Positions 35,841 to 49,341 of a stretch of 64,000 nucleotides of DNA are shown piece after piece; positions within the stretch are counted from its first letter, which is position 1; the number at the start of each line of letters is the position of its first letter. The position numbers and the translations under genes are program-made. Under the pieces are notes generated by a model that was given only the letters and a program-made list of their open reading frames with translations, was not told the origin of the DNA and ran no database searches. This stretch comes from Felis catus (Eukaryota): the NCBI RefSeq assembly GCF_018350175.1, contig NC_058368.1, forward strand, positions 229,402,001 to 229,466,000, in the 5' to 3' direction.

Positions 35841-36008
35841 ATTAGTAGCTATTGAAACTCCCAAGACCTACTCCAGTAGTGGGGATATTATACCATGTGC
35901 CACTAACCTTCATAAATCCTCTGGGAAGAGAAGCCTACTGCAATCCTAGAAAGGGTGCTGTGAAACTATACAGAAAAAGCAAATTGGGTTAGGACAACAG
36001 ATGGCCTT

Positions 36009-36458
36009 TGGTGGATGCAATGATGTACCAACCAGACCCCCTTCAGGAAATGGGGACTGTTTTCCCTGTTTCTGTGGGTACCACTGGCCAATATCCACCA
36101 CAGAATTTTGTTCTTTGGAAATTACCTGAGCTAAAGAAAGTGGCTTTCTTAGAGGTCACACCTATTTCCAAGGGAAGCCCGTGATTTTCCTTAGCTGATC
36201 AATGACTGATTAATGCTGGATTATAAGAGCCTGAGCCCCATATCCCAAATTAGGAAAATGCTGAGTGGCCATCCCAGCTCCAGAGAATCCAGTAGAGTCA
36301 GCCAAGGCCTTGATTAGGATTGCATCACTGCTCAAATTCTCCCTAAGCCCTCGCCTGCCCCTTGCCACAGGTGTTGCCCAAGATAGTGTCCTAATAAAAC
36401 TTCTGCTCATGTTAATCTCTAACTCAGAGTCTGTTGCTTAGGAAACCACCTTGCAACA
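36009..36458 (+). mobile_element. LTR16-like ERVL LTR, preceded by probable ERVL internal remnants (~35100-36000)
   Basis: accaaccagacccccttcagg start; ctaataaaacttctgctcatgttaatctctaactcagagtctg...tgcaaca end. Confidence 0.7.
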
Positions 36459-36719
36459 TTGATCATGCTCCTTACCTTTACTTTAATACTTTTTTGTGTG
36501 TCATTATTCCTGGCAACAATCTGCAGTTACCCAGTAGTGTATACTTCATGTGCTTTGCAATAACAATTTGCATTTTTCCTTCATCTTCTTCTTCCTGATG
36601 TCTGTCCACAATCTCAACTTTATCAGTTCCACTGTAACATTTTTAAAAGGAAAAAATAATAACACTGTAGAATTTTGGAATTAGTTGAAACACCTAAGGC
36701 CTAAGGGTAACTTAACCCA

Positions 36720-37170
36720 AAGATTTATATTCTAGGTTTGGCAGTTGACATAATTTTGAGCAAGTGGGAAAGTTATTCAGCATTCCAAAGCAACATTTTC
36801 TCATCTCTAGGGACGGTAAATTAATGTCCTTATTTTGCAGATTTTCTGGGAGAATTACATGAGATATCGCAGAGAAATCCCATTTTTTGGCATCTAATAG
36901 GAACTACAAAATTGTATCTATCATTATTCTACAATGTGAGAGGTAGCCCCAGATAGCCCCGAAGAGCAGAGACTCTGGAGTGCGGTAGCCTGGACTCACA
37001 TCAAATATTTGTGGTTGACTTGCATGACCTTGGGGGAAGTAAATGTCCTTCTCCACCTGAGTTTCTGCATCTCTAACGTCGTGACTGCCAGAGTCTGTCT
37101 CTCACAGGGTTAAGTGGGATTAAAGGAGTAAATATATAAAATGCTCAGGATCATCCCCGATACAGAGTAA
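36720..37170. mobile_element. Two MIR fragments
   Basis: ttttctcatctctagggacgg; gcatgaccttgggggaagt...cctgagtttctgcatctctaa. Confidence 0.6.
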
Positions 37171-38155
37171 CCAAAAGGAAGCAAGTAGAAAATCACTGCA
37201 CTATTGTGGGCCAAACTGAAATATATTTTTGTTATTAAGTTCAGTGTTCACAACTCTGTATAAAACAAACTTAGTGAATGTAACCCTAGTTAGAATGCAA
37301 ATCCTATATGTGTAACACTAATATTTATTACTATTTTAAGTATAAATCAATACCATTTGGAAAGCCAACTCAAGATGAAGAAAGGCAGGGCTTCAGAGAT
37401 GTTACAATACCCCTCTGAAACACAAGCCACTTCTTCCTAACACATTTTGCTGTCTGTTTCATATCCTTATTCAAGATATTAAAGCAAAAATTGTCGAAAG
37501 AATAAAATCAGTCACTTAGCCATCATTTGGTGGACTTATTTTACCGAATTAACATTTCTTAGAAAACTTACAATATTAAAAAGATACTTAATGATATTAA
37601 AAACAAAGCTATTGAACATATTCTTTCCTGCTTTTGTTTTGTAGTTTCTATTCTAAACTTGGTAGAAATAATGAAACCATAACATTCTGAGTATTGTTGG
37701 ACTTGTTATTCGCTATGTAAGATCAAATTTGAACATTTCCTCCAACTTTACACCTCATGACAACCTTAGTTGGTGTAATCTATGAACTTGCAACTCTGAC
37801 AGAAGCTGTTGATTGACAAAAGAGAGCACTGTTTCCCAATATTCCTTAAGCACAAACAAGTCACTTTCTCATACACAGAAGTTAAGGCTAAAATAAAAGC
37901 AGCAGAAAACTTTCCAGATTATTGGAATTTTTGATACCTTTTAGAACCATTTTTTTAAAAAGTCATTGCTGTTGTCTAAATGTTAGAAATTGAAAAATGA
38001 ATCTAGTGAGTTATTTACACAGAATGTACACACAAACTAATTAGCATATTTCTTAAGAGTTGTAGTTACTTATAAAAAAAACATAAAACAGTTTAAGGAA
38101 AAGAGCTTATGTGAAAAATATCAATTTACACTCTGCTCTTAAAATTGGAGGATTT

Positions 38156-38158
<3 letters not shown>

Positions 38159-38198
<40 letters not shown>
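38159..38198. repeat. (AT)20 microsatellite
   Basis: Perfect dinucleotide run. Confidence 0.97.
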
Positions 38199-38201
<3 letters not shown>

Positions 38202-39814
38202 ATTTTAGGTCACTTCCTCCAGGGATAGATGACTGCCTTTCTGTGATGTTACCTGGCAACAGTGAATTAATAGTTTTCAAATATCTCAGTCTAAAGATCT
38301 CCAGGAGGTATACAAGGTCGGTGAATCAATAGTTTCCTTTTCCATTCTAAACCATTACGAAGTAAGTTAGATGCCTGGTATATTTATTGCCAATTATTTC
38401 AAAATAGTCTGTGGGGAGTATAAGGAATTCCGTGTGGATATTGGTGCTGTGTGATTGCTTCCAGAAAGTAGGAAAGACTGAAACTGATAGGGTCATTAGC
38501 TCATCCCTTGAAACGATTAGAAAGATAGAAGGACAGGTGGACCCAGAAAAGGAAGAAAGGACTCAACAAATCCCTCCTCTACAAATAAGTTTTAGTTTTA
38601 TGATAATTTATTAAGTACAAGAGATAAACATGATGAGAACCTCTATTTTTCATGTCTTAAATGTCAGCACACCCATTGGCTCAAGATTTAATCATCACTC
38701 TGATAACAGTCCCTTTAAACCGGTTAATTTCTCCCAAGACCATGTGTTTCCATCAAAGGCAGGAGACGTTGTCAGTTCAGGCAGAGTATTCACCACAGCA
38801 GTAGACAACTCAACATACAGCAACAACAACAAAAGTTTCACAACTAACACATTTTATGAACAAACTACTTACACTGTAAAATCCAGGCTCTAATCCTATC
38901 ATTTCAGGTTGGAGTGGATCATTAAAAAATCAAACAGATTTGAACTGTGTTTGTATTTGAAGAGCAACTCAAGTGAGTTGCAATAAAAAGAAAGGATGTT
39001 TGAATTAATGAGAGAAATCATTCCAACCCGGGAAAAGAAATTTAATAATCTTACTCAATCCCTACATATCTAGATGTTACCTCCAAAAGACATAGAGGCC
39101 GTTTAAAAAGCAATACACATTTAAAGTAGTACCTGTAATGCCCATACATGCACGATAACGTTGTTTCAGTAAGATAAATTAAAAAGAAAACAAGCAATGA
39201 TGTATATTTTATTAATGCATTTTAGTTGGAGGGGGAAAAAAAGAATAGACTTGCAGAAGAAATGAAAATCTTTCTTAGTCTACCAGCTAAGGTACAAGAA
39301 ATGAGCAGTCCACTTAGTAGCACTAAGGCAGAATGGCCTCTGCATAAGAAGGGGAGTCTATACGTGCCCAGGCCAACAACTTAGGGTGAACCAGCCATAC
39401 ATTCCTCCTCTTCGAAATTAAAGAAGGTGACCTTTGGGAAAATAGGTGAGGTCCACACTTTCATTTCATTAGAAATTCAAAATAGAACACTGAATTGGGG
39501 AATGGAGAAAGCAGAAGGGTCTAAGTGAGATGGTAACAAATGGAAATCCTGTATCCAATCTATAGCTAAGGAAATATAACCTCATCACATCCAGGTTCAT
39601 ACTCCACGTGGCACCAGGTTTGTAGTCTAGAAAATCATCATGGAAGACAGAATAATTTATAACAGTCATTCACGATCAATGGCCTCAGCAGGACTGGTCT
39701 CCAGGTGATGTTGGCAAAGCATGTATTTAAAATAGCCAAGGAAAATGGATATTTAAATACACATAAGCTTCTCTCAGAAGTATCTGGTATCAGTTTGCTG
39801 CCCAAATCCATTTT

Positions 39815-40026
39815 TTTTACTTTTTCAAAAGTTTTTATTTATTTTTGAGAGAGAGAGAGAGAGAGCAGGGGAGCGGCAGAGAGAGAGACACACACAGAAC
39901 TCAAAGCAGGCCCCAGCCTCTGTGCTGTCAGTCCAGAGCCTGACGCAGGGCTGCAACTCACAAACCGTGAGATCATGACCTGAGCCCAAGTCGGACATTT
40001 AACCAGTTGAGCCACCCAGGCGCCCC
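39815..40026 (-). mobile_element. CanSINE
   Basis: TSD cccaaatccatttt at 39801-39814 and 40026-40039. Confidence 0.95.
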
Positions 40027-41059
40027 CCAAATCCATTTTAAATAGATAAATGAAAAACAAATTAAAGTTTTTCCAGGGATGACAATAATTGCATATTCTA
40101 AACGTGTATTTCAGTATTTAAAAATGCACACAAACACATACCTATGACCAGAGAAACAAAATTCGGTTCTTGAGATGAAAGTAAAAGGATATTCATAGGA
40201 GACATTTGGCTGTTTGTGTCGCTGTAGTTGCTGAATTGACCATTTGGGTAATTATCTTATATTCCAAAGTGACATAAACACACTGTCCCTTCTCTCAGAG
40301 GACAAGGGCATGGCCTTTATTCACAGCCTGGTATGTATTTAAGTTGAATAAATAGATTTAAATTATATCATCTGCCCTGGACCTTATATAATTTCAAAAA
40401 AAAATCAGGTGTTTATTAGATTCCTTCTATTTTACTCCCCAAGCCAATAATTAAAAACTATGACCTTGGAAATCCTCAATAAATATGTATTAAATGAATA
40501 AAAGGAAGGAAAAAAAAAACTTTAGTCAAGTGCTGTAACCTAAATCACACAGTGAAATATTTTTGAATCCCATGAAGGGCTTATAATGGGAATTCATCAT
40601 CGAATCACATTATTAAGCACCCAGGTGTGCAAGGCAGTGTGTCGGGTGCTGAGCAGAGCCTAATGAAATCAGTATGAAATCAGTATGAAATCAGTTCAGT
40701 GCTGGCCTGAAAAGAAAAAAATTATAATTTTAGGTAAAATTTGTAGAAATAAAATTCTTACAGTCCACCAGGCATATTCCTTAAAGAAGTAACACATGTC
40801 GTGTTGGGAACATAAAGGTTTGTAACTTCCAAGTAGATGCCTTTAAAACATATCCACTACTAGATGTGTGCCCAGGGAGAGCTTGATTTTATAACAGAGG
40901 GCTCAGGTTGAACATAAAGCCTATCTTAGACTGTCGGTGGCAACCGCTGCTTTTATTTCCTTATTTAAAGCTTAATCAGAATGGGTGTAAGCTCTTATTT
41001 AATGTTACTTGCACATGCTTCCTACCACCCAAATGGCATCTATCTTATAGCTACCATGT

Positions 41060-41430
41060 AACTGCAACAGAAGCGACACTATGTGGCTTCTGATAATGGG
41101 TCCCGAGGTTGGCATAGCTTCTGCTTGGCTTCCTGGGATATGCACACTTGTCAGGAAGTCATCAGGCTGTGAAGACGACCAGGCATGCCAGGGACATGCC
41201 TGTATGGAGAGGTTCATGTGGAGAGCCACCGTACTCTCGCTTCCAGCCACAGCTGACCACGTTGTCTAGTTCAACACTGAATTGTCTGCCATCCAGGAAG
41301 TGGCTCTTCCATCCCCAGGAGACCCACCCCTGCAAATGTTGTGCAGAGCAGAGACGAGCCATCTCTTGTGAGCCCTGGCCAAATGGAAGATTCATAAGCA
41401 AAATTAATCATTATTTTTGTTTTAGGAAAA
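41060..41430 (+). mobile_element. MLT1-type (ERVL-MaLR) LTR
   Basis: tgcagagcagagacgagccatctcttgtgagccctggccaaatggaagattcataagcaaaattaat resembles the MLT1 3' part. Confidence 0.65.
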
Positions 41431-42634
41431 ACTGCTAGAATCAACCGCCTTTCCTATTTCCGGTTTGGTAGGCATCAATAAGTATCTGGGCCGCCACGTT
41501 TTATAGAAATAATGTGTGGGTGCGTGTGTATGTATACATCCATATATACGTGGATTTTTCTTTTGCTGAGGGTTATGACGGTTGTTGTTCATTATCAAAT
41601 GAACAAAGAACAGTCCGTACAGGGCATACCAAAAGGCGAGGCAGAGACATAATTAGAATGTGGGAAAGCTATTCTGAATTTCCATTAATGATTTCAAATC
41701 CCAATGCCTTCCTTTCTACTTTTAACTCAGAGTTCATTGCTGTCTTTGAAATGTTTGAGATTCCAAGAATATATGCAGATCAAAATTTGAATGCGGTCTA
41801 AACTTTAAACAGCTCACGTAGAGGAGGGGTGAAACAAACTGGCTCAAAATCAGACTGATCTGAAGTGTGGTTTTAGTTATTCCATAAACCAGCTACGCAA
41901 GTTGCAAATGAGTTAATTTCATCAATTCTGCCTTCATTTATCCATAAGTGGGCATGAAGATAAAGTGAAGCAATATGCCAGAGACTTAAATCAAACTATT
42001 AGATGGTGGGCTCTCCTATGTTGGGGGGATTATCCACTATTCTGTATGATTTGCATGCGTTAATTAGTTTCTATGTTAAGGAAATACATCTGAAAATAAA
42101 CACTGAACTAAGAATACATGAATCTCATATGGGTGAGTGAGGAGGAAGCATCTAACGCTTTAATGTAAAAGGTGTCATTCATCAACCCATATTCAATTTA
42201 ATAGTGGGACAGATAGGAAGAGCCAGCCTACCAGACAACTGCTATAGATCATGGGATGTCATTTCTTGCCCAATTTGGGAACTTCCTCCACAGCCTTTAC
42301 TAAAATCCCAAGTAGGATCCTTGAGATACGTAAACGCCACCATTACTTGGTTGAGGAAATTTTATTCTTAGAAACTCCTGCATGCATATAAATCGATGAA
42401 AGCAAAGATTGATATAAGCATGGACTTAGGGAGAAAATGACATCATCCATCTTCTCAGAAATGGATTCCTAACGTTATCAATTAAAAAGCATTTGTGTGT
42501 CTTAAAACAAAACAACGACTTCTATTTTTCAGAAGAAAATATCACATAGCATCACTAAGAAAAAGCAGATTAATTTAAGGTCCAATAAAACAAGCGTTTT
42601 CTTCTAAAAGTGGGATTTTACCCTCACTTTAAAA

Positions 42635-42851
42635 TTTTTTTTTCAATGTTTTTTTTATTTATTTTTGGGACAGAGAGAGACAGAGCATGAATGGGGGAGG
42701 GGCAGAGAGAGAGGGAGACACAGAATCGGAAACAGGCTCCAGGCTCTGAGCCATCAGCCCAGAGCCCGACGCGGGGCTCGAACTCACAGACCGCGAGATC
42801 GTGACCTGGCTGAAGTCGGACGCCCAACTGACTGCGCCACCCAGGCGCCCC
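42635..42851 (-). mobile_element. Young feliform CanSINE (SINEC_Fc-type)
   Basis: CpG-intact; perfect TSD taccctcactttaaaa at 42619-42634 and 42853-42868. Confidence 0.97.
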
Positions 42852-42864
42852 ATACCCTCACTTT

Positions 42865-42921
42865 AAAAACAAAAAAACAAAAAAACAAAACAAAAAAACA
42901 AACAAACAAACAAAAAAAACA
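42865..42921 (+). repeat. (A)nC / (CAAA)n simple repeat
   Basis: aaaaacaaaaaaacaaaaaacaaaacaaa... Confidence 0.9.
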
Positions 42922-43130
42922 CGTTGGCTCCAGAGAGGGTAAAGACTAGAATTTAATTAAAACAAAGATGAAAACCAAGTACATTATGCACGAATCTACA
43001 TTAGTTTGTACCCCATGGGGGAATCTCACTTGCATTCCACTTTAGCTTTTTCCTAATTTCACTTACCTTCTCATAAGAGAAATTGAAGATTTCTACAGGT
43101 GAGTAAGCTCTTAAAATATTCCATGATCTA

Positions 43131-43372
43131 GGGGTGCCTGGGTGACTCAGTCAGTTGAGTGTCCGACTTGAGCTCAGGTCGCGAGCTCATGGTTCCTGAG
43201 TTCAAGCCCCGCATGGGGCTCACTGCTGTCAGCTCAGGGCCCACTTCAGATCCTCTGTCCCCCTCTCTCTCTGCCCCTCTCTCACCGTGCTCTCTCTCTC
43301 TCTCTCTCTCAAACATGAAAAAGCATTAAAAACAAAACCATTTAAAGTATTAGTTAAGCATTAAAAAAAAAA
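43131..43372 (+). mobile_element. CanSINE with bipartite tail
   Basis: TSD core ccatgatct at 43121-43129 and 43377-43385. Confidence 0.92.
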
Positions 43373-43918
43373 AATCCCATGATCTTTATTATCATTTAAA
43401 ACGCTTGACTCCTCCTGAACCGGCCAGGGCCTGCATAGCACAGCAGAGCCATGCACCCCTGGCTACTCTGAACCTTCACTCCTCCCAGATGGCAGAGCTC
43501 CCAAGACAAAGGTAGGTGAATGTTTGCTAATCATGGCTTTCCTCAGGGTGTTTCCTGTTGGTCGCTACTGAATGCTCCTCAGCATCATAGATTGGTTTAT
43601 GTGATTGCATGTGAGGGCAGGAACCATACAGGGGAAGGGGAGCAGCACCAGGCTTGCCAGGGATAATTAAGGAGAAAAGTAGGGGAAAAGGCTACCGTCT
43701 CGGTACCTTAGTTTGACTGTTGACACTAAGGCCACTTTGTTGTTAGACAGCAAACATGGCTTCCTCTCCTGGAATACACTAGATCCGAAGATAAAAAACA
43801 GAGGCACGGGAGGACTGGTTCTCTTCACTGTTGTTGTTTATGATACTCTCTTCTGATCTATCTAATGAATGCTCATTGTGAAACATTAGAAAAACAAATA
43901 TAAAATGAAGTAATACAA

Positions 43919-44125
43919 GGGGCGTCTGTGTGGTTCACTTAGTTGCTTAAGTGACCAACTCAGGTCATGATCTGGTGATTTCGTAAGTTTGAGCCCCACA
44001 TCAGGCTCTGCACACTCAGAAGCTGCTTGGGATTCTCTCCCTCTCTCCCTCTCCCTTTGCCCCTCCCCCACTCGCCCTCTCCCTGTCTCAAAATAAATAA
44101 ATAAACTTTAAAAATAAAATAAATA
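43919..44125 (+). mobile_element. CanSINE (older)
   Basis: Degenerate head, CT tract, A-tail. Confidence 0.9.
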
Positions 44126-44350
44126 GGGGTGCCTGGGTGGCTCAGTCGGTTAAGCGTCTGACTTCGGCTCAGGTCATGATCTCACAGTTCGGGAATTCAA
44201 GCCCCGCGAAGGGCTCTGTGCTGACAGCTTAGAGCCTGGAGCCTGCTTCAGATTCTGTGTCTCCCTCTCTCTCTCTGCCCCTTCCCTGCTCATGCTCTGT
44301 CTCTGTCTCAAAAATAAATAAACATTAAAAAATAAAATAAAATAAATAAA
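44126..44350 (+). mobile_element. CanSINE inserted in the tail of the preceding SINE
   Basis: Directly abuts the previous A-tail; aaaataaaataaata on both sides. Confidence 0.94.
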
Positions 44351-46519
44351 GTAAGAAGAACGTGTGATCCATGCATACAGAGATAAGTACTGCTTTTCCT
44401 CTGGGCCGTGTCTTTTCTCATGTTATATGTGAACACATGGTACAAAAATGACACAAAGCACGCTTCACGTTCTCTCTGGTCTCTGAGTTCCTCCATACCA
44501 TAATAATTTGCAGGCATCTTCCACATACTGTCATTACTAAGTAAATATGTTCTACCACGTCATTATCAATAATTACACAGTATTTCTTTGAATGAAAGCA
44601 CCATATTTATTTTTTTAATGACATTGGTCCTCCAAGGTTTTCATTGTGCCCTGGTCTTACTGAAGCTGATTTAAAGCTCTGCAGAAACGCTTGAAAGAAT
44701 TTCGAGTCCTGTGCTTTGAACGTGTGGGTCGAGTCCAAATCAGCTCAAGCAGAGCCCCGTATATTGTCTGTGGTCATGTCCAATTAGTACACAAATGCCA
44801 CACAAGCTACAGAACATTTCTAATATTCACAATGCTCCAAGCTAAAATTGTATACGATTTGCTTCTGTCCTCATGATAACCTACAGACTCCTGATGCTTT
44901 CCTTTCACACGACTGTTGCCCTTGTCCCATTTCTCGTGTGGCTCTCAGTAACTACATGAGACGTTTTCCCCATTGTAGCGTGCCTTCTCTTTCTTCTCAT
45001 CGCATCACTGTGATGCAGAGGTGCTTCTGACGATTCTCTGCAGAGACTCTACCACGGTGAGCTTTTCTATACAACATGCACTAAAGAATGCAGACTGAGT
45101 GGTGTGGTGGTCTCTCTCTGGGTCAAATTTGAGTGAAAGGGGGTTCTAAAACCTCTTCTCTACTAACAGTGAGTGGCTGTTAGAGTCATGTCAATGGTAT
45201 GTTTACTACCTACACAACACTTATGTTCTGTATTCTTTACAACCATGTTCTTTTCAAGACTTAATTTCTGGATATTAACACAAGCTGAAGGGATCTGGCT
45301 ATCGTTTCATACTGGGGAATGGCCCCCCGTGGCAAGACCTTCCCCCAAAACAGTTCCTCCAGGTAAAATGACATAGGGCCTAAGTCTATTCCTTTTCTAA
45401 TGGGTTGTCTGTATGTGGCTCTGAGTAACTGCAAGCCAAACACGCTCAAAACAGACATTATCATGACCTAGCCGATGTGCTCCCATGACAGTTTGTCTTG
45501 CAAGTTGATTTTCAGCTCTTTCCAATAAAAATTCAAGCGTCGTGAGTTTACATATGTTCCTACTACGCTTTGTATTTTCAGAGCCCAAGATAAAATCACA
45601 CACACAGCAATAAAGACAAGTTTCTTGAATTTATGAGCAAACTCTTAAATGACAAATCAAACGATGCCAAGTGATTCTTACATTTACACTCATTTATGTA
45701 AAATCATCTAAAGATGGAATAAGAAAAGGGTTAACAGGTTGGTTTCATTAATCAGATATATTTATTAATGTTTGGCTTATAAAGAAGTAAATTATTCAAA
45801 CTCTTGAAAAATAATTGTTGGGAGTTGGGGAGGGTAACTCACAACCTGTAGGCTAGACAAAGGATCTTGAATATCTGTTTATTTCTTTTATTTTAATTAA
45901 ATTTCTAGTCTAACCTACTCATAAGGTGGTCACCTCTTATTTTGGGACCTTACACTATTTAAAATATCATTTGCTGTTATAAGTGCTTCCTTAATTATTC
46001 TATAAATGATACAATTTGAGTGCCTAGTGCCCAAACTTAACAGTATCTGAAGAAGAAAACAAGGGTATCTATTTATTCATAAATAGATTCATATTCAGTA
46101 ACATAATTAAAAGCCCTGGCTTAGGTAAACATGCCGGCTGCGATGCAACAGGTGTTTTGCCAAGACAAAAAAAGAAAAAAAAAAAGAAAAAATTAAAAAG
46201 AGACAAGCTCTTACTGCAAATCTGCTCTCGGGTGGCAAATATTCAGGATGAACGCTTACCCTTTTCTCGCCAGCCCCATTTGAAGTTTTCATGTTCTTTC
46301 GATTTACCCAGAGCTTTTCACAGCTCTCCAATTGAATCTAAATGACAGAATGCATCCGTTTGGAACCAGTGTAGATGAGTGGAACCAATACTTACAAGAA
46401 AGGCCATTGGACTCTCTGCGCTCTCCCTAAGTCCCTCAAAAAGAGGAAAAGAAACTTGGGCAGGTGTTCTAACACCTTTTCTCTTAACGCCTTTCCTTTT
46501 TCAGTGGAGAAGCAGACTT

Positions 46520-46895
46520 GAATGCCAAAGCCGGTGCTAGCTCTCATCGACACATGGGTTGCCAGTTTACATACATCATCTCTTCTGATTCTTGGGGCAA
46601 CTCATTAGAATGTGAGCTGAGCAAGGACGAGGCATTCAGATCTGTGTTGATTGAATGAACTTCAGGAGCAGGGCAGGAAAGGTTTCATTAGCAGAGTGGA
46701 GAAGAGCAATTAGATTCAATTAACCACTTAAGGACTGCTTACTCTTTGAAATTACTTAATTCCTTCAACCCTAGTTATCTCATCAGCAAAGCTATTATTG
46801 CCCACAGATGTTAGTGAAAGTAAATAGGATAACATTTATGAAGTGCTGAACACACAAAGCCTACAATTTATTGAGTATTCAGTATATGTTTAGTT
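46520..46895. mobile_element. MIR fragments
   Basis: aaattacttaattccttcaaccctagttatctcatcagcaaa...aaataggataacatttatgaagtgct. Confidence 0.55.
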
Positions 46896-49132
46896 GTTGT
46901 TATTTTGTTACTGCTTCTAATTATTAAAGATGTTGTCATACATGAAGGGACCTAAGCAAAGCAGGTTAAATTATGTCAGGGATAGAATATGATTGACTAT
47001 CTCAGGAGACTTAGGAACCGTAATTGGGGATACCTGCACACAGTATTTGGGAAGATAATCTTTGGGATGTTTTAGGAAATAAAAATGTACCTATGACCTT
47101 CAAGAAAAGATTTTCTCTGAGGTCACAGGAAGGAAGGAAGGAAGTTGTTTTCTCTTAGGGTCTGAGAATATTTGCCTTTTCCCAAAACATAACGGCAAGG
47201 GGAACTGTCATTAGGAATAATGATTCATTTTCCAGTTGACAGAATGTATTCTCTTTAACTAGATGATAAAATATACATCCCAGTACTTTGAAACTCTGCC
47301 GCACTAAGCCAAAGTAAGGCATAAATTATATTTACTTACCTCGGTAGAGAAGGCATAATTACAGAAGCTCAAAGCAAACGAAAAATCTGACACAGGAGCA
47401 GAAGAAGCTGTAAACCACGGGGGAGACACTGGCAGAGGATTCCAAGACGAAACAAGGTGAGGCTAAAGGCCCTTTTGAAAACTTACAGAAGTGTTGGGCA
47501 GGTTTAGAAGGGGAGTCTGAGCTGACTGAAGAGATCTTCCTGAAGGACACAGTACAAACTCAATGGACACACAGAAGTGGATTTGAAGTAGGAGAGCATT
47601 ATCAAGGAAATGGAGCCTGGTCACCGTGGAGCCTGAGGCAGCTGGTAGACGGAGCTGCTTGTAGGACTCCTGCAGGGAATGATGTTGGGAGAGGGTGGTG
47701 CCTCAAGGGAACAGAGAATGTGCTGTTAAGTTGGCAAAGTTGAATTCTACATGGTCCTCCGGTAGAATGAGGCTTACACTCTGGATGAGAGAAGAACTGT
47801 ATCCTTCCTTCATCTCACCTGATATTTACGACCTACATTCTGATGGTGTTGGGATAGACGAGAACCCAAAACATGACTCTCCTAGTGCCTACCTTCCAGT
47901 GCAGGAGACAATGATGACGAAGCAAATTCATACTCCATGTGCAAGGTGGTTTCTGCACTAATATGAAAAATAAAGCAGAGTAAAGTGGGGAGTTTAGAGA
48001 CAGAGGTCAGGGATGTTCATTCTGCTAACATGAATTTTAGCGGACACTTAATGAAATGAGTTAACTTGGAAGGAAAGTCTGGATCCAAGGATTTCTGCTG
48101 ATGAATTGTACACTAGGATATGAGGGTTACCATGTCTTGCTTGGACAGTGGTAACAAAGACTTGGCCACTGAATGGCAAAAGAGAATTCTAGAAAATAAC
48201 AGGTGGGAGAGGCTCTAGCTCATGTTCTACTACACATTTTAATTTAACCCATGAATTACATACAAATATACCCAATCTTACAGTCTAATTTTTTATCTGG
48301 GTACAGTATGTTTTTATTCAGATTTTAACTTGATATTTGATTGGTGAGCTTGAATGTGTCTCTTTCTTAGGACCTAAAAACCCTGCTAAAATAGTTACTG
48401 GCCTTGCAAATGTATTTCATATCCTCTATGACCTAAAATAAATATAAATAATTTGTATGGAAGGCATTCTTAACTAGAAATTTATGATTATATTAATAAA
48501 GCTCAAATTTCCACAGAATTTTCATAATCTTCTATTTATAACTATGCATACAATGTCTCAGTGAGATTCAAATTGCACCCTATCTGTATGTGAGATGCAT
48601 GTACTAGCCAATTTTTTTTTTTTTTATCATTTACAACAGTTAGGGGAAAATACACTTTATAGAATATTATGCTAAGCTAAGATTCAAATGAAACATTAAA
48701 TAAACAACAAATTTATCCATAGCAAGCTTTTGTTCCTTTAAATCATAAGGAGTCTATTCCAGTAGTATAGACATGCAAATTCAATGACAACACTAAAAAC
48801 CATTTCAGAAAGAATCGTGATGCCATTCAAAGAATAGAATGTTCTGCCAGAATGCGGTTTTAATTTATGGCGTCTGATAATCTTTTTCCTCTGTAATACA
48901 TACAGAGCTCTACTCAAAGCGGAAACTTCTATTTTACAGGCACTAGAATGACTAAATTACTTTCATCGTCTAAATTCAGTGTATGCTTTGAATTATATTA
49001 TTTGGTACAGTGTAAATATAAAATAGGCACCTTGTTTTTACCTTTAAACAGGAAAAATAAAATTCCCTCAAAGCTTCTGTATACAAACAACTTCATGACG
49101 ATGGGAGATAAAAATATACTTTGTAAAATTTA

Positions 49133-49341
49133 TATTTTTTTAATGTTTATTATTTTTGAGAGACAGAGACAGAGCACGAGCCACAGAGGGGCAGAGAGAG
49201 AGGGAGACACCGAATCTGAAGCAGGCTCCAGACTGTGGGCTCCCAGCACAGAGCTCAATACAGGGGTCGAACCCGTGGACTGCGAGATCATGACCTGAGC
49301 CGAAGTCAGACACTTAACTGACTGAGCCACCTAGTCACCCC
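49133..49341 (-). mobile_element. CanSINE
   Basis: Perfect TSD tactttgtaaaattta at 49117-49132 and 49342-49357. Confidence 0.96.

Noticed and set aside
47334..47407. Minus-strand 47-nt exon-like segment with a gag|gtaagta donor
   Set aside because: Isolated; no partner exons or recognisable peptide.
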